From the sequence record MZ234035.1: a DNA stretch of 64,000 nt, one strand, 5' to 3'. The position numbers were made by a program, and so were the translations under genes. The DNA is from Escherichia phage vB_EcoM-G3F7. Shown here in pieces: positions 37,901 through 48,791 of this stretch; position 1 is the stretch's first letter, and each line of letters starts with the position of its first letter. The notes beneath the pieces are model-generated. The model made no database searches and was not told where the DNA came from. It was given only the letters and a program-made list of their open reading frames with translations.

Positions 37901-38807
37901 AACGTGCTTTACTATCCCCGTCAAACAATCTCCACAATTTCTCATTATCGTCAAACATCAAGAAACCGTCAATCGATGTACGGCCTTCAATGGAATGAGT
38001 TCCAACTTCTTGTACTGAAGTCGTTTCATCGTATGTAGTAACAATTGTATGATAAAGTGGATTCAGTTTATCTAAATCAACGAAATTAATAATATCGCCA
38101 TGATTAGCAAATCTCGGAAGTTTAACATTAATTGGTGCAGCAGAAGTAAATCTACGTACGATAAAATCATTAGATTGTGCTTGATACGCAGTCGATGGAG
38201 TAACAATCGCAGCTTCTCTGCTATAATCAGCAACATACATTTGCCACAAACGATTATTAAAAATGAATATCATCTGTGACTTTGGATGAGTCATTAAAAC
38301 TGAACGTACTTGTTCACCTCTAAAATTGACAATACTCTGATTTGAAGAATTTATTTTAACCTGATTTATGCCAGGTTTTCCACCGATATCTTGAATTATT
38401 ACGGTTTCTCCATCAAGCGGAGAAGGTGGTAAAGTAAACTCAATGTCATTGCCAACTGATGTATCTACTGAAATTGCTTCTCCGGATTTTAATTGATATG
38501 GTCCAGATGATACAGTTGTATATACAGCATCAGTACGTAATGCTTTCCAACGAATTCTATTAAAATTTCCAGCAGGTTTTGGAATATTATCCGTTGCTGC
38601 CCAAAAACGATTATTATAAATGATTACAAAATCTTTTAAATATCCACGAGTTGGATCATATTGCTGAACTGTGTTTTCTTGAATTAAGTAATCAACGTTA
38701 ACACCGTCAGTTCCTACGGTACGATCAGCTAAAGCTACGTTGATTATTTTATCGCCACCTGCGTCCAGACCATCTTCTGCTCTGAACTTTCTTTTAATCT
38801 CGGCCAT
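34938..38807 (-). CDS. 34: Long tail fibre proximal subunit gp34
   Basis: 1289 aa, same length as T4 gp34; repeated TPKKL/ATQ motifs. Confidence 0.93.
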   Translation of the reverse strand: MAEIKRKFRAEDGLDAGGDKIINVALADRTVGTDGVNVDYLIQENTVQQYDPTRGYLKDFVIIYNNRFWAATDNIPKPAGNFNRIRWKALRTDAVYTTVSSGPYQLKSGEAISVDTSVGNDIEFTLPPSPLDGETVIIQDIGGKPGINQVKINSSNQSIVNFRGEQVRSVLMTHPKSQMIFIFNNRLWQMYVADYSREAAIVTPSTAYQAQSNDFIVRRFTSAAPINVKLPRFANHGDIINFVDLDKLNPLYHTIVTTYDETTSVQEVGTHSIEGRTSIDGFLMFDDNEKLWRLFDGDSKARLRIITTNSNIRPNEEVMVFGANNGTTQTIELQLPTDISVGDTVKISMNYMRKGQTVKIKAAGEDKIASSVQLLQFPKRSEYPPEAEWVTVQELVFNGETNYVPVLQLAYIEDSDGKYWVVQQNVPTVERVDSLNASTRARLGVIALATQAQANADLENSPQKELAITPETLANRTATETRRGIARIATTAQVNQNTTFSFADDLIITPKKLNERTATETRRGVAEIATQQETNTGTDDTTIITPKKLQARQGSESLSGIVTFVSTAGATPASSRELNGTNVYNKNTNNLVVSPKALDQYKATPTQQGAVILAVESEVIAGQSQEGWANAVVTPETLHKKTSTDGRIGLIEIATQSEVNTGTDYTRAVTPKTLNDRRATESLSGIAEIATQVEFDAGVDDTRISTPLKIKTRFNSTDRTSVVALSGLVESGTLWDHYTLNILEANETQRGTLRVATQVEAAAGTLDNVLITPKKLLGTKSTESQEGVIKVATQSETVTGTSANTAVSPKNLKWIVQSEPTWAATTLIRGFVKTSSGSLTFVGNDTVGSTQPLESYEKNGYAVSPYELNRVLANYLPLKAKAVDSNLLDGLDSLQFIRRDIAQTVNGSLTLTQQTNLGAPLVSSSTATFGGSVSANSTLTISNTGTATRLIFEKGPQTGTNPAQTMTVRVWGNQFSGESDTTRSTVFEVSDETSSHFYSQRNKAGNITFNINGTVTPINVNASGTLNANGVATFGNSVTATGEIISRSANAFRAINGNYGFIVRNDGSVTNFMLTASGDQTGGFNGLRPLAINNASGQVTIGESLIIAKGATINSGGLTVNSRIRSQGTKTSDLYTRAPTSDTVGFWSIDINDSATYNQFPGYFKMVEKTNEVTGLPYLERGEEVKSPGTLTQFGNTLDSLYQDWITYPTTPEARTTRWTRTWQKTKNSWSSFVQVFDGGNPPQPSDIGAIPSDNGIIGNLTIRDFLRIGNVRIIPDPVNKTVKFEWVE

Positions 38808-38841
38808 TCTCCCGGGCTCCTATTGTGTTTTCAATAATAAG

Positions 38842-38849
38842 TATTTATA
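38842..38849 (-). promoter_or_regulatory. T4 late promoter TATAAATA (minus strand) for gene 34
   Basis: Plus-strand TATTTATA ~35 nt upstream of gene 34 ATG. Confidence 0.55.
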
Positions 38850-38852
38850 CCT

Positions 38853-38882
38853 GTTTACTTTAAGATTTAGATAGTATATAAT
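38853..38882 (+). promoter_or_regulatory. T4-type early promoter for rnh, divergent from the gene 34 late promoter
   Basis: GTTTAC 38853-38858, 18-nt spacer, TATAAT 38877-38882. Confidence 0.45.
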
Positions 38883-38911
38883 AGAAATCTCACTAATTGA
38901 ACGAGGTTCAT

Positions 38912-39829
38912 ATGGATTTAGAAATGATGCTGGATGAAGATTACAAAGAAGGAATTTGCTTTATTGACTTTAGTCAAATTGCTCTTTCAACTGCTCTGGT
39001 AAACTTCCCAGATAAAGAAAAAATTAATTTATCGATGGTTCGTCATTTGATATTGAACTCAATTAAGTTTAATGTCAAAAAAGCAAAAACGCTTGGATAC
39101 ACTAAAATTGTGCTGTGTATTGATAACGCGAAATCTGGATACTGGCGTCGTGATTTTGCTTACTATTACAAGAAAAACCGTGGAAAAGCACGAGAAGAAT
39201 CTACTTGGGACTGGGAAGGTTATTTTGAATCCAGTCATAAAGTTATAGATGAATTGAAAGCTTATATGCCATACATTGTTATGGATATTGATAAGTATGA
39301 AGCAGATGACCACATTGCTGTTCTTGTTAAAAAGTTCTCTTTAGAAGGACATAAGATTTTAATCATTTCATCGGACGGTGACTTTACACAGCTTCACAAA
39401 TATCCAAATGTTAAGCAATGGTCACCGATGCATAAGAAATGGGTTAAAATTAAAAGCGGTTCTGCTGAAATTGACTGTATGACTAAAATCCTTAAAGGCG
39501 ACAAAAAGGATAACGTTGCTTCAGTTAAAGTACGATCTGACTTTTGGTTTACCAGAGTTGAAGGTGAACGAACCCCTTCAATGAAAACTTCAATCGTTGA
39601 AGCTATTGCTAATGACCGTGAGCAAGCTAAGGTGCTTCTCACAGAATCTGAATATAATCGTTATAAAGAAAATTTAGTTCTAATTGATTTTGATTATATT
39701 CCTGATAATATTGCTTCAAACATTGTGAATTACTATAATTCATATAAATTACCACCGCGTGGCAAAATTTATTCATATTTTGTAAAAGCGGGTCTTTCTA
39801 AATTAACTAATAGCATTAATGAATTTTGA
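38912..39829 (+). CDS. rnh: RNase H (5'-3' exonuclease, FEN-1 family)
   Basis: Track ORF 38897..39829 starts with TTG; from ATG 38912 the 305-aa product MDLEMMLDEDYKEGIC... matches T4 RNase H as recalled. Confidence 0.9.
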   Translation: MDLEMMLDEDYKEGICFIDFSQIALSTALVNFPDKEKINLSMVRHLILNSIKFNVKKAKTLGYTKIVLCIDNAKSGYWRRDFAYYYKKNRGKAREESTWDWEGYFESSHKVIDELKAYMPYIVMDIDKYEADDHIAVLVKKFSLEGHKILIISSDGDFTQLHKYPNVKQWSPMHKKWVKIKSGSAEIDCMTKILKGDKKDNVASVKVRSDFWFTRVEGERTPSMKTSIVEAIANDREQAKVLLTESEYNRYKENLVLIDFDYIPDNIASNIVNYYNSYKLPPRGKIYSYFVKAGLSKLTNSINEF

Positions 39830-39837
39830 GGTGAATA

Positions 39838-40107
39838 ATGGCTAAAAAAGAAATGGTTGAATTTGATGAAGCTATCCACGGCGAAGACTTGGCTAAATTT
39901 ATTAAAGAAGCATCTGATCATAAACTGAAAATTTCTGGTTATAATGAATTGATTAAAGATATTCGAATTCGTGCCAAAGATGAACTTGGCGTTGATGGTA
40001 AGATGTTTAATCGTCTATTAGCTTTGTATCATAAAGATAATCGTGATGTGTTTGAAGCTGAAACTGAAGAGGTAGTTGAACTTTATGACACAGTTTTCTC
40101 TAAATGA
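39838..40107 (+). CDS. dsbA: DsbA, dsDNA-binding late-transcription enhancer
   Basis: 89 aa, size and position between rnh and gene 33 as in T4. Confidence 0.7.
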   Translation: MAKKEMVEFDEAIHGEDLAKFIKEASDHKLKISGYNELIKDIRIRAKDELGVDGKMFNRLLALYHKDNRDVFEAETEEVVELYDTVFSK

Positions 40108-40423
40108 TATTCGCCCGGTCGATGAGACCGGTCTTTCAGAAAAAGAACTTTCAATCAAGAAAGAAAAGGATGAAATAGCAAAGCTTCTTGATCGTCAAGA
40201 AAATGGATTTATTATTGAAAAAATGGTAGAAGAGTTTGGAATGAGTTATCTTGAAGCTACAACAGCATTCTTGGAAGAAAATTCTATTCCTGAAACTCAA
40301 TTTGCTAAATTTATTCCTTCTGGTATAATTGAAAAAATTCAGTCAGAAGCTATTGACGAAAATCTTTTACGTCCTTCTGTTGTTCGTTGTGAAAAAACTA
40401 ATACATTAGATTTTCTACTATGA
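40085..40423 (+). CDS. 33: Late transcription co-activator gp33
   Basis: Track ORF 40076..40423 starts TTG; from ATG 40085 the 112-aa product MTQFSLNDIRPVDETG... matches T4 gp33 as recalled. Confidence 0.85.
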   Translation: MTQFSLNDIRPVDETGLSEKELSIKKEKDEIAKLLDRQENGFIIEKMVEEFGMSYLEATTAFLEENSIPETQFAKFIPSGIIEKIQSEAIDENLLRPSVVRCEKTNTLDFLL

Positions 40424-41073
40424 TTAAACTCCGCATGCCTGCTGGTGGTGAAAGATACATTGATGGTAAATCAGTTTATAAATTATACTTAATGATAAAA
40501 CAGCATATGAATGGAAAGTATGATGTAATTAAGTATAATTGGTGCATGCGGGTGTCTGATGCCGCTTATCAAAAGCGAAGGGATAAGTATTTTTTCCAGA
40601 AGTTATCAGAAAAATATAAATTAAAGGAACTTGCTTTAATTTTTATAAGTAATTTGGTTGCTAACCAAGATGCTTGGATTGGTGACATCTCTGACGCTGA
40701 TGCACTTGTGTTTTATCGTGAATATATCGGACGCTTAAAACAAATTAAATTTAAGTTTGAAGAAGATATTCGCAACATTTATTATTTTAGTAAAAAAGTT
40801 GAAGTTTCTGCTTTTAAAGAAATCTTTGAGTATAATCCAAAGGTTCAATCAAGTTATATTTTTAAACTTCTGCAATCGAACATAATTTCGTTTGAGACGT
40901 TTATCTTGCTTGATTCGTTTTTAAATATAATTGATAAACACGATGAACAGACTGATAATTTAGTCTGGAATAATTATTCTATAAAGTTAAAGGCTTATAG
41001 AAAAATTTTAAATATTGATTCACAGAAAGCTAAAAATGTTTTCATTGAAACTGTGAAATCTTGCAAGTATTGA
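40420..41073 (+). CDS. 59: Helicase loader gp59
   Basis: 217 aa MIKLRMPAGGERYIDGKSVYKLYLMIKQHMNGKYD...; matches T4 gp59 as recalled. Confidence 0.9.
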   Translation: MIKLRMPAGGERYIDGKSVYKLYLMIKQHMNGKYDVIKYNWCMRVSDAAYQKRRDKYFFQKLSEKYKLKELALIFISNLVANQDAWIGDISDADALVFYREYIGRLKQIKFKFEEDIRNIYYFSKKVEVSAFKEIFEYNPKVQSSYIFKLLQSNIISFETFILLDSFLNIIDKHDEQTDNLVWNNYSIKLKAYRKILNIDSQKAKNVFIETVKSCKY

Positions 41074-41074
41074 T

Positions 41075-41707
41075 ATGAATATAGTATATTGGTTTACATT
41101 TGAAGACCGTGTCAAAAATAAGACTCCGCCATACTACTATATCGGTAGTAAATTAAATTGCTCATTTGAGAACGGAATAATATATGACTCTTCCGGAAAG
41201 GAATACTGGAGCTCATGTAAACAAAAAAGATTTTTGAATGCGCTAATGCTTCAAAAACCGAGCGTTAAAATAATTCAAATTGATGATGACTTGGATGTTA
41301 TTGAAGCAGAACGAAAATACCAACTTGAAGTAAATGCCAGAGATAATCCAGACTATTTTAATCTGGTATATGCTGGTGGTGGATTTGGTGTGAGTGGTGA
41401 AACTCATCCAGCCAAAGACTCGGAAGTTAGAGAGCATATGAGATTGGCTAATTATATGAACCGTGACGATTTTAGACCTTGGAAAACATCACGAGCTAAT
41501 ATAGAGTCTTGGAAATTATCTCATATTGCTTACGAGAATTATGTGTTATTATTATCCTCTAATCTGTACGGTAAAACTCCTGGATGGCGAAGAGTTAAAG
41601 GTAATATAAATATAACTGATACAACTGCTAAATCGATGGTAAAGTATTTCAACTCAGGTTGGATACCTCTCGAAGACCCAGAGTATTGCGAATTATGCCA
41701 GCTATGA
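41075..41707 (+). mobile_element. Free-standing GIY-YIG homing endonuclease (SegG-like position between 59 and 32)
   Basis: 210 aa; GIY-YIG-like N-terminus IVYWFTF...PYYYIGSK and downstream E/N region (YQLEVNARDNPDYFNLVYAGGGFG). Confidence 0.55.
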
Positions 41708-41761
41708 GGTAAAGTGTCATAGCACCAACTGTTAATTAAATTAAATTAAAAAGGAAATAAA

Positions 41762-42667
41762 ATGTTTAAACGTAAATCTACTGCTGAACTTGCTGCACAA
41801 ATGGCTAAACTGAATGGCAATAAAGGTTTTTCTTCTGAAGATAAAGGCGAGTGGAAACTGAAACTCGATAATGCGGGTAACGGTCAAGCAGTAATTCGTT
41901 TTCTTCCGTCTAAAAATGATGAACAAGCACCATTCGCAATTCTTGTAAATCACGGTTTCAAGAAAAATGGTAAATGGTATATTGAAACATGTTCATCTAC
42001 CCATGGTGATTACGATTCTTGCCCAGTATGTCAGTACATCAGTAAAAATGATCTGTACAACACTGACAATAAAGAGTACAGTCTTGTTAAACGTAAAACT
42101 TCTTACTGGGCTAATATTCTTGTAGTAAAAGACCCAGCTGCTCCAGAAAACGAAGGTAAAGTATTTAAATACCGTTTCGGTAAGAAAATCTGGGATAAAA
42201 TTAATGCAATGATTGCAGTTGATGTTGAAATGGGTGAAACTCCGGTTGATGTAACTTGTCCGTGGGAAGGTGCTAACTTTGTACTGAAAGTTAAACAGGT
42301 TTCTGGATTTAGTAACTACGATGAATCTAAATTCCTGAATCAATCTGCGATTCCAAACATTGACGATGAATCTTTCCAGAAAGAACTGTTCGAACAAATG
42401 GTTGACCTTTCTGAAATGACTTCTAAAGATAAATTCAAATCGTTTGAAGAACTGAGCACTAAGTTCAGTCAAGTTATGGGAACTGCTGCTATGGGTGGTG
42501 CCGCAGCAACTGCCGCTAAGAAAGCTGATAAAGTTGCTGATGATTTGGATGCATTCAATGTTGATGACTTCAATGCAAAAACTGAAGATGATTTTATGAG
42601 CTCAAGCTCTGGCAGTTCATCTAGTGTTGATGACACGGACCTGGATGACCTTTTGAATGACCTTTAA
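41762..42667 (+). CDS. 32: Single-stranded DNA-binding protein gp32
   Basis: 301 aa [49 protein letters not shown]...; matches T4 gp32 as recalled. Confidence 0.95.
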
Positions 42668-42689
42668 TAGATTATATTACTAATTAATT

Positions 42690-42714
42690 GGGGACCTCTA
42701 GGGTCCCCTTTTTT
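42690..42714 (+). terminator. Rho-independent terminator after gene 32
   Basis: GGGGACC-TCTAG-GGTCCCC followed by TTTTTT. Confidence 0.65.
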
Positions 42715-42739
42715 ATTTCAAAAATTTTTTCACAAAACG

Positions 42740-42769
42740 GTTTACATCCTTGTCCTTCCATGGTACTAT
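42740..42769 (+). promoter_or_regulatory. T4-type early promoter (repeated cassette)
   Basis: GTTTAC 42740-42745, 18-nt spacer, TACTAT 42764-42769. Confidence 0.5.
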
Positions 42770-42812
42770 ACAACTATCGGCAATACTGCTGATGATTAAA
42801 GAGGAAAATAAT

Positions 42813-43040
42813 ATGGCTAAAGTTGATATTGACATCGTTGATTTTGAATATATCGAAGAAATTATTCGTAATCGTTATCCTGAACTTAGTATCACAAGCG
42901 TGCAAGATTCTAAGTTTTGGAGTATTCAAATCGTTATTGAAGGTCCTCTTGAAGACCTCACCCGCTTTATGGCTAATGAATATTGTGATGGTATGGATTC
43001 TGAAGACGCAGAATTTTACATGGGATTGATTGAACAATAA
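42813..43040 (+). CDS. Hypothetical acidic protein (75 aa)
   Basis: Track ORF 42750..43040 starts TTG in the promoter; ATG 42813 follows AGAGGA. Confidence 0.5.
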   Translation: MAKVDIDIVDFEYIEEIIRNRYPELSITSVQDSKFWSIQIVIEGPLEDLTRFMANEYCDGMDSEDAEFYMGLIEQ

Positions 43041-43084
43041 TTATCAAGGGGCTATTACAGCCCCGTTAAAATGAGGAAAACATA

Positions 43085-43450
43085 ATGTATATCGGTAAAA
43101 AGTATGAACTTGTTCCAAGACTTATTGATACATTTATTAATTATCGCCCACGTTCTAATTCAGCAATAGTTAAAATTATTCAAGAAAATGGCGGATGGTT
43201 TGAAGTTAAAGAAGCTTTCTTTGTTGATGGATTTAGAGTAATAAAACACATTGAATGCGCAAATGGAAAGCATTTTTACTTTAACGTTTGTGAAGACGAA
43301 TTTCATTGTTTTCGTGAGTATAAAGAACCGACTTCTGAAGAAGATGAAGTCAAAGACAAAGTTTCTGGCGTAACAAAAATTCACTGCATTGTTGACGAAA
43401 ACAATGTAGATGAAATCATTGAACTTTTGCGAAAAACTTTCAAAAAGTAG
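43085..43450 (+). CDS. Hypothetical protein (121 aa)
   Basis: Track ORF, ATG after GAGGAAAA. Confidence 0.5.
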   Translation: MYIGKKYELVPRLIDTFINYRPRSNSAIVKIIQENGGWFEVKEAFFVDGFRVIKHIECANGKHFYFNVCEDEFHCFREYKEPTSEEDEVKDKVSGVTKIHCIVDENNVDEIIELLRKTFKK

Positions 43451-43588
43451 TTTACAGAAGGGTAGTAGTGTGATACTATTACCCTATCAAAACTAATGGA
43501 GAAAAGAAAATGTTCGCACCTTATATTATGGCAGCAGTTATGTTGGTCTGTTTATATCTTTTGATTAAAGCTTGCTAAGGAGAATAAA

Positions 43589-43831
43589 ATGAGATTACAA
43601 CGCCAGAGCATCAAAGATTCAGAAGTTAGAGGTAAATGGTATTTTAATATCATCGGTAAAGATTCTGAACTTGTTGAAAAAGCTGAACACCTTTTACGTG
43701 GCATGGGATGGGAAGATGAATGTGATGGGTGTCCGCTTTATGAAGACGGTGAAAGCGCAGGATTTTGGATTTATCACTCTGACGTCGATCAGTTTAAAGC
43801 TGATTGGAAAATTGTGAAAAAGTCTGTTTAA
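43589..43831 (+). CDS. Hypothetical protein (80 aa)
   Basis: Track ORF, ATG after AAGGAGA. Confidence 0.5.
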   Translation: MRLQRQSIKDSEVRGKWYFNIIGKDSELVEKAEHLLRGMGWEDECDGCPLYEDGESAGFWIYHSDVDQFKADWKIVKKSV

Positions 43832-43841
43832 GGAAAATAAT

Positions 43842-44671
<830 letters not shown>

Positions 44672-44691
44672 AATAACACGTGGCGGAAAAT

Positions 44692-45039
44692 ATGAATTTT
44701 AATTATTACCCTATTCTATTAGAAAAAGACACGAAACAGCCAAAGTGGCAGGGTCCTCAGTTTATTAAAGGTGTCTATCAATTAGTAGTTCCTAAAGACA
44801 AGATTTATAGCAGTTGTTTCACTGAATCCGCTTGCAGTATTTTCGGTAATAGTTCTCTGTATTGGAATTTTGACATAAAGCTGGATAGAAATATCGATAT
44901 TTGGTTGAAAGCTATGGATATTGGTAATATCACGTTTGATGAGAATAATTATCATATTATTGGTCGCTTTTCCAAACGCGGTAAAGAATTATATTTCACG
45001 CCTGAAATTGAGAGAAAATTTGATGCTAAACCGTATTGA
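44692..45039 (+). CDS. Hypothetical protein inserted between frd and td (115 aa)
   Basis: Track ORF 44680..45039 starts GTG; ATG at 44692; no recognisable domain. Confidence 0.5.
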   Translation: MNFNYYPILLEKDTKQPKWQGPQFIKGVYQLVVPKDKIYSSCFTESACSIFGNSSLYWNFDIKLDRNIDIWLKAMDIGNITFDENNYHIIGRFSKRGKELYFTPEIERKFDAKPY

Positions 45040-45084
45040 TTATTTAGCTTCATAAAATGTATTATAATTTATATAAGGTACTAA

Positions 45085-45945
45085 ATGAAACAATACCAAG
45101 ATTTAATTAAAGACATTTTTGAAAATGGCTATGAAACCGATGACCGAACAGGCACAGGAACAATTGCTTTGTTCGGTACTAAATTACGTTGGGATTTAAC
45201 TAAAGGTTTTCCTGCGGTAACAACTAAGAAGCATGCATGGAATGCATGCATTGCTGAGCTTCTATGGTTTATTTCCGGTTCTACCAATGTTAATGATTTA
45301 CGTCTTCGCACACATGGTAGTCTTATTCAAGGTAAAACTATTTGGGACGATAACTATGAAAACCAGGCTAAAGACCTAGGATATCATAGTGGTGAACTTG
45401 GTCCTATATACGGTAAACAATGGCGTGATTTCGGCGGCGTGGATCAATTAGTTGAAACTATTGATCGTATTAAAAAATTACCAACTGATCGACGTCAAAT
45501 CGTTTCAGCATGGAATCCAGCTGAAATCAATCAAATGGCATTACCACCCTGTCATATGTTCTATCAGTTTAATGTGCGTAATGGTTATTTGGATTTGCAG
45601 TGGTATCAACGATCAGTAGATGTTTTCTTGGGCTTGCCATTCAACATTGCCTCGTACGCTGCCTTGACGCATATTGTGGCTAAGATGTGTAATCTTATCC
45701 CAGGAGATTTGATATTTTCCGGTGGTAATACTCACATCTATATGAATCATACTGAGCAATGTAAAGAAATTTTACGTCGTGAGCCTAAAGAACTGTGTGA
45801 ACTTAAAATTGATTGGCCTATAGAGTTTGGAAATTGTGACACCGAAACGCAGCTTTACTGGTTAACTGAATACATGAAACCGAAAGATTTTATCCTTGAA
45901 AATTATGAATCGCATCCAGCAATTAAAGGGAAAATGGCAATATGA
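45085..45945 (+). CDS. td: Thymidylate synthase Td, uninterrupted (no group I intron)
   Basis: 286 aa continuous ORF with TS active-site region PPCH; matches spliced T4 Td as recalled. Confidence 0.93.
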
Positions 45946-46205
45946 TTTTACGATTTAAAGATACTTCTGGCGTTGTTCTTTTTACACTTCCTAACCCAAG
46001 CGAGTTAGAAGTTCCAGGACCAGAACAGCCTATTACCATTTATGGTAAAAAATACTATACTCATAAAATGACTCGTGAGTATTTTGATAATAAAATTTCC
46101 ACAGTTAAAACTTCTTCTGACTGTTACTACGATATTACTGTTTTAACGGAAAAACAATATGACGAATTATTCCAGCGTGGGCCGTCTATGCCGGGTAGTG
46201 AATAA
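45942..46205 (+). CDS. Hypothetical protein (87 aa)
   Basis: Track ORF, ATGA overlap with td stop. Confidence 0.5.
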
Positions 46206-46485
46206 ATACAAATCCGACTTTGATGTTAATATTCACCGCGGTACATTTTGGGGAAATTACGTCGGTAAAGATGCTGGCAGCCGGGAGGCTGCCATTGAAT
46301 TATTCAAAAAAGATTTTATACGTCGAATTAAATCTGGAGAAATAACTAAAGCACATTTAGAGCCTTTACGTGGAATGAGGCTAGGATGCACATGTAAACC
46401 AAAGCCGTGTCATGGTGATATAATAGCTCATATAGTTAACCGATTGTTTAAAGACGATTTTCAAGTTGAGGACTTATGCAATTAA
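46159..46485 (+). CDS. Hypothetical protein (108 aa); start uncertain
   Basis: Track ORF overlaps upstream gene by ~47 nt. Confidence 0.4.
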
Positions 46486-48740
46486 TTAATGTTATCAAAA
46501 GTAGTGGTGTTTCTCAGAGCTTTGACCCGCAAAAAATTATTAAAGTTTTATCTTGGGCAGCTGAAGGAACATCAGTAGATCCTTATGAATTATATGAAAA
46601 TATTAAATCTTATCTCCGTGATGGAATGACAACTAATGATATTCAGACTATTGTCATTAAGGCTGCTGCGAATTCTATTTCGGTTGAAGAGCCTGATTAT
46701 CAATATGTAGCTGCACGTTGTTTAATGTTTGCTCTTCGTAAGCATGTTTATGGACAGTATGAACCACGTTCATTTATTGACCATATTTCTTACTGTGTAA
46801 ATGAAGGTAAATACGACCCTGAATTATTGTCAAAATATTCAGCAGAAGAAATTACATTTTTAGAATCAAAAATTAAGCACGAGCGGGATATGGAATTTAC
46901 TTATTCCGGGGCGATGCAATTAAAAGAAAAATATCTTGTTAAAGATAAAACCACTGGTCAAATTTATGAAACTCCACAGTTTGCATTTATGACTATTGGA
47001 ATGGCACTGCATCAAGATGAACCTGTTGATAGATTAAAACATGTTATCCGTTTTTATGAAGCAGTATCTACTCGACAGATTTCATTGCCAACTCCTATTA
47101 TGGCTGGTTGTCGTACTCCGACTCGACAGTTTAGTTCATGCGTTGTTATTGAGGCAGGTGATTCGCTGAAGTCTATCAATAAAGCTTCTGCTTCAATTGT
47201 TGAATATATTTCTAAACGCGCTGGAATTGGAATTAACGTAGGTATGATTCGTGCTGAAGGTTCTAAGATTGGCATGGGTGAAGTACGCCATACTGGTGTT
47301 ATTCCTTTTTGGAAACATTTTCAGACTGCAGTTAAATCATGTTCACAGGGTGGAATTCGTGGCGGCGCTGCTACTGCTTATTATCCTATTTGGCATTTGG
47401 AAGTTGAAAATCTTCTCGTTTTGAAAAATAACAAAGGCGTAGAAGAAAACCGCATTCGTCACATGGATTATGGTGTTCAGCTGAATGATCTAATGATGGA
47501 ACGATTCGGAAAGAACGATTACATTACTTTGTTCAGTCCACATGAAATGGGTGGCGAGCTTTATTATTCTTATTTTAAAGATCAAGACCGTTTCCGTGAA
47601 TTATACGAAGCAGCAGAAAAAGACCCTAATATTCGTAAAAAGCGTATTAAAGCCCGTGAACTATTTGAATTGCTCATGACTGAACGTTCAGGAACAGCAA
47701 GGATTTATGTGCAGTTCATTGATAATACGAATAACTATACTCCGTTTATTCGTGAAAAGGCACCTATTCGTCAGAGTAACTTGTGCTGTGAAATTGCTAT
47801 TCCAACAAATGATGTGAATAGCCCTGATGCTGAAATTGGATTGTGTACTCTTTCTGCATTCGTATTAGATAATTTTGACTGGCAAGACCAAGATAAAATT
47901 AATGAATTGGCAGAAGTTCAAGTTCGTGCTCTTGATAATCTTTTGGATTATCAAGGATATCCAGTTCCTGAAGCAGAAAAAGCTAAAAAGCGTCGTAACC
48001 TCGGTGTAGGTGTTACCAACTATGCAGCTTGGCTGGCAAGTAACTTTGCTTCTTATGAAGATGCTAACGATTTAACACATGAACTATTTGAGAGATTACA
48101 GTATGGACTCATTAAAGCATCCATTAAGCTCGCCAAAGAAAAAGGACCTTGCGAATATTATTCAGACACTCGTTGGTCTCGAGGCGAATTACCTATCGAC
48201 TGGTACAATAAAAAGATTGACCAAATCGCAGCTCCAAAATACGTTTGTGACTGGTCGTCGCTGCGGGAAGACCTTAAGCTCTTTGGCATCCGTAATAGCA
48301 CATTATCAGCACTTATGCCATGTGAGTCATCTTCCCAAGTTTCTAACAGTACAAACGGTATCGAGCCTCCACGTGGACCAGTCTCTGTTAAAGAATCAAA
48401 AGAGGGCTCCTTTAATCAAGTCGTGCCCAATATTGAGCATAACATAGACCTTTACGACTATACATGGAAATTAGCTAAGAAAGGTAATAAACCTTATCTT
48501 ACGCAGGTAGCTATTATGCTGAAATGGGTTTGTCAATCAGCTTCGGCGAATACATACTATGACCCCCAAATCTTCCCTAAAGGCAAGGTTCCAATGTCAA
48601 TAATGATTGATGACCTTTTGTATTTTTGGTATTTTGGCGGAAAAAATTTCTATTATCATAATACCCGCGATGGTTCTGGTACTGATGATTATGAAATAGA
48701 AACTCCAAAAGCTGAAGAGTGTTCATCCTGTAAATTATGA
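46476..48740 (+). CDS. nrdA: Aerobic ribonucleotide reductase large subunit NrdA
   Basis: 754 aa, class Ia RNR; matches T4 NrdA size and sequence as recalled. Confidence 0.93.
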   Translation: MQLINVIKSSGVSQSFDPQKIIKVLSWAAEGTSVDPYELYENIKSYLRDGMTTNDIQTIVIKAAANSISVEEPDYQYVAARCLMFALRKHVYGQYEPRSFIDHISYCVNEGKYDPELLSKYSAEEITFLESKIKHERDMEFTYSGAMQLKEKYLVKDKTTGQIYETPQFAFMTIGMALHQDEPVDRLKHVIRFYEAVSTRQISLPTPIMAGCRTPTRQFSSCVVIEAGDSLKSINKASASIVEYISKRAGIGINVGMIRAEGSKIGMGEVRHTGVIPFWKHFQTAVKSCSQGGIRGGAATAYYPIWHLEVENLLVLKNNKGVEENRIRHMDYGVQLNDLMMERFGKNDYITLFSPHEMGGELYYSYFKDQDRFRELYEAAEKDPNIRKKRIKARELFELLMTERSGTARIYVQFIDNTNNYTPFIREKAPIRQSNLCCEIAIPTNDVNSPDAEIGLCTLSAFVLDNFDWQDQDKINELAEVQVRALDNLLDYQGYPVPEAEKAKKRRNLGVGVTNYAAWLASNFASYEDANDLTHELFERLQYGLIKASIKLAKEKGPCEYYSDTRWSRGELPIDWYNKKIDQIAAPKYVCDWSSLREDLKLFGIRNSTLSALMPCESSSQVSNSTNGIEPPRGPVSVKESKEGSFNQVVPNIEHNIDLYDYTWKLAKKGNKPYLTQVAIMLKWVCQSASANTYYDPQIFPKGKVPMSIMIDDLLYFWYFGGKNFYYHNTRDGSGTDDYEIETPKAEECSSCKL

Positions 48741-48791
48741 TATAATTTGACTCATGGACGAGTCACCAACTATTAACTAAGCGGAAAATTT

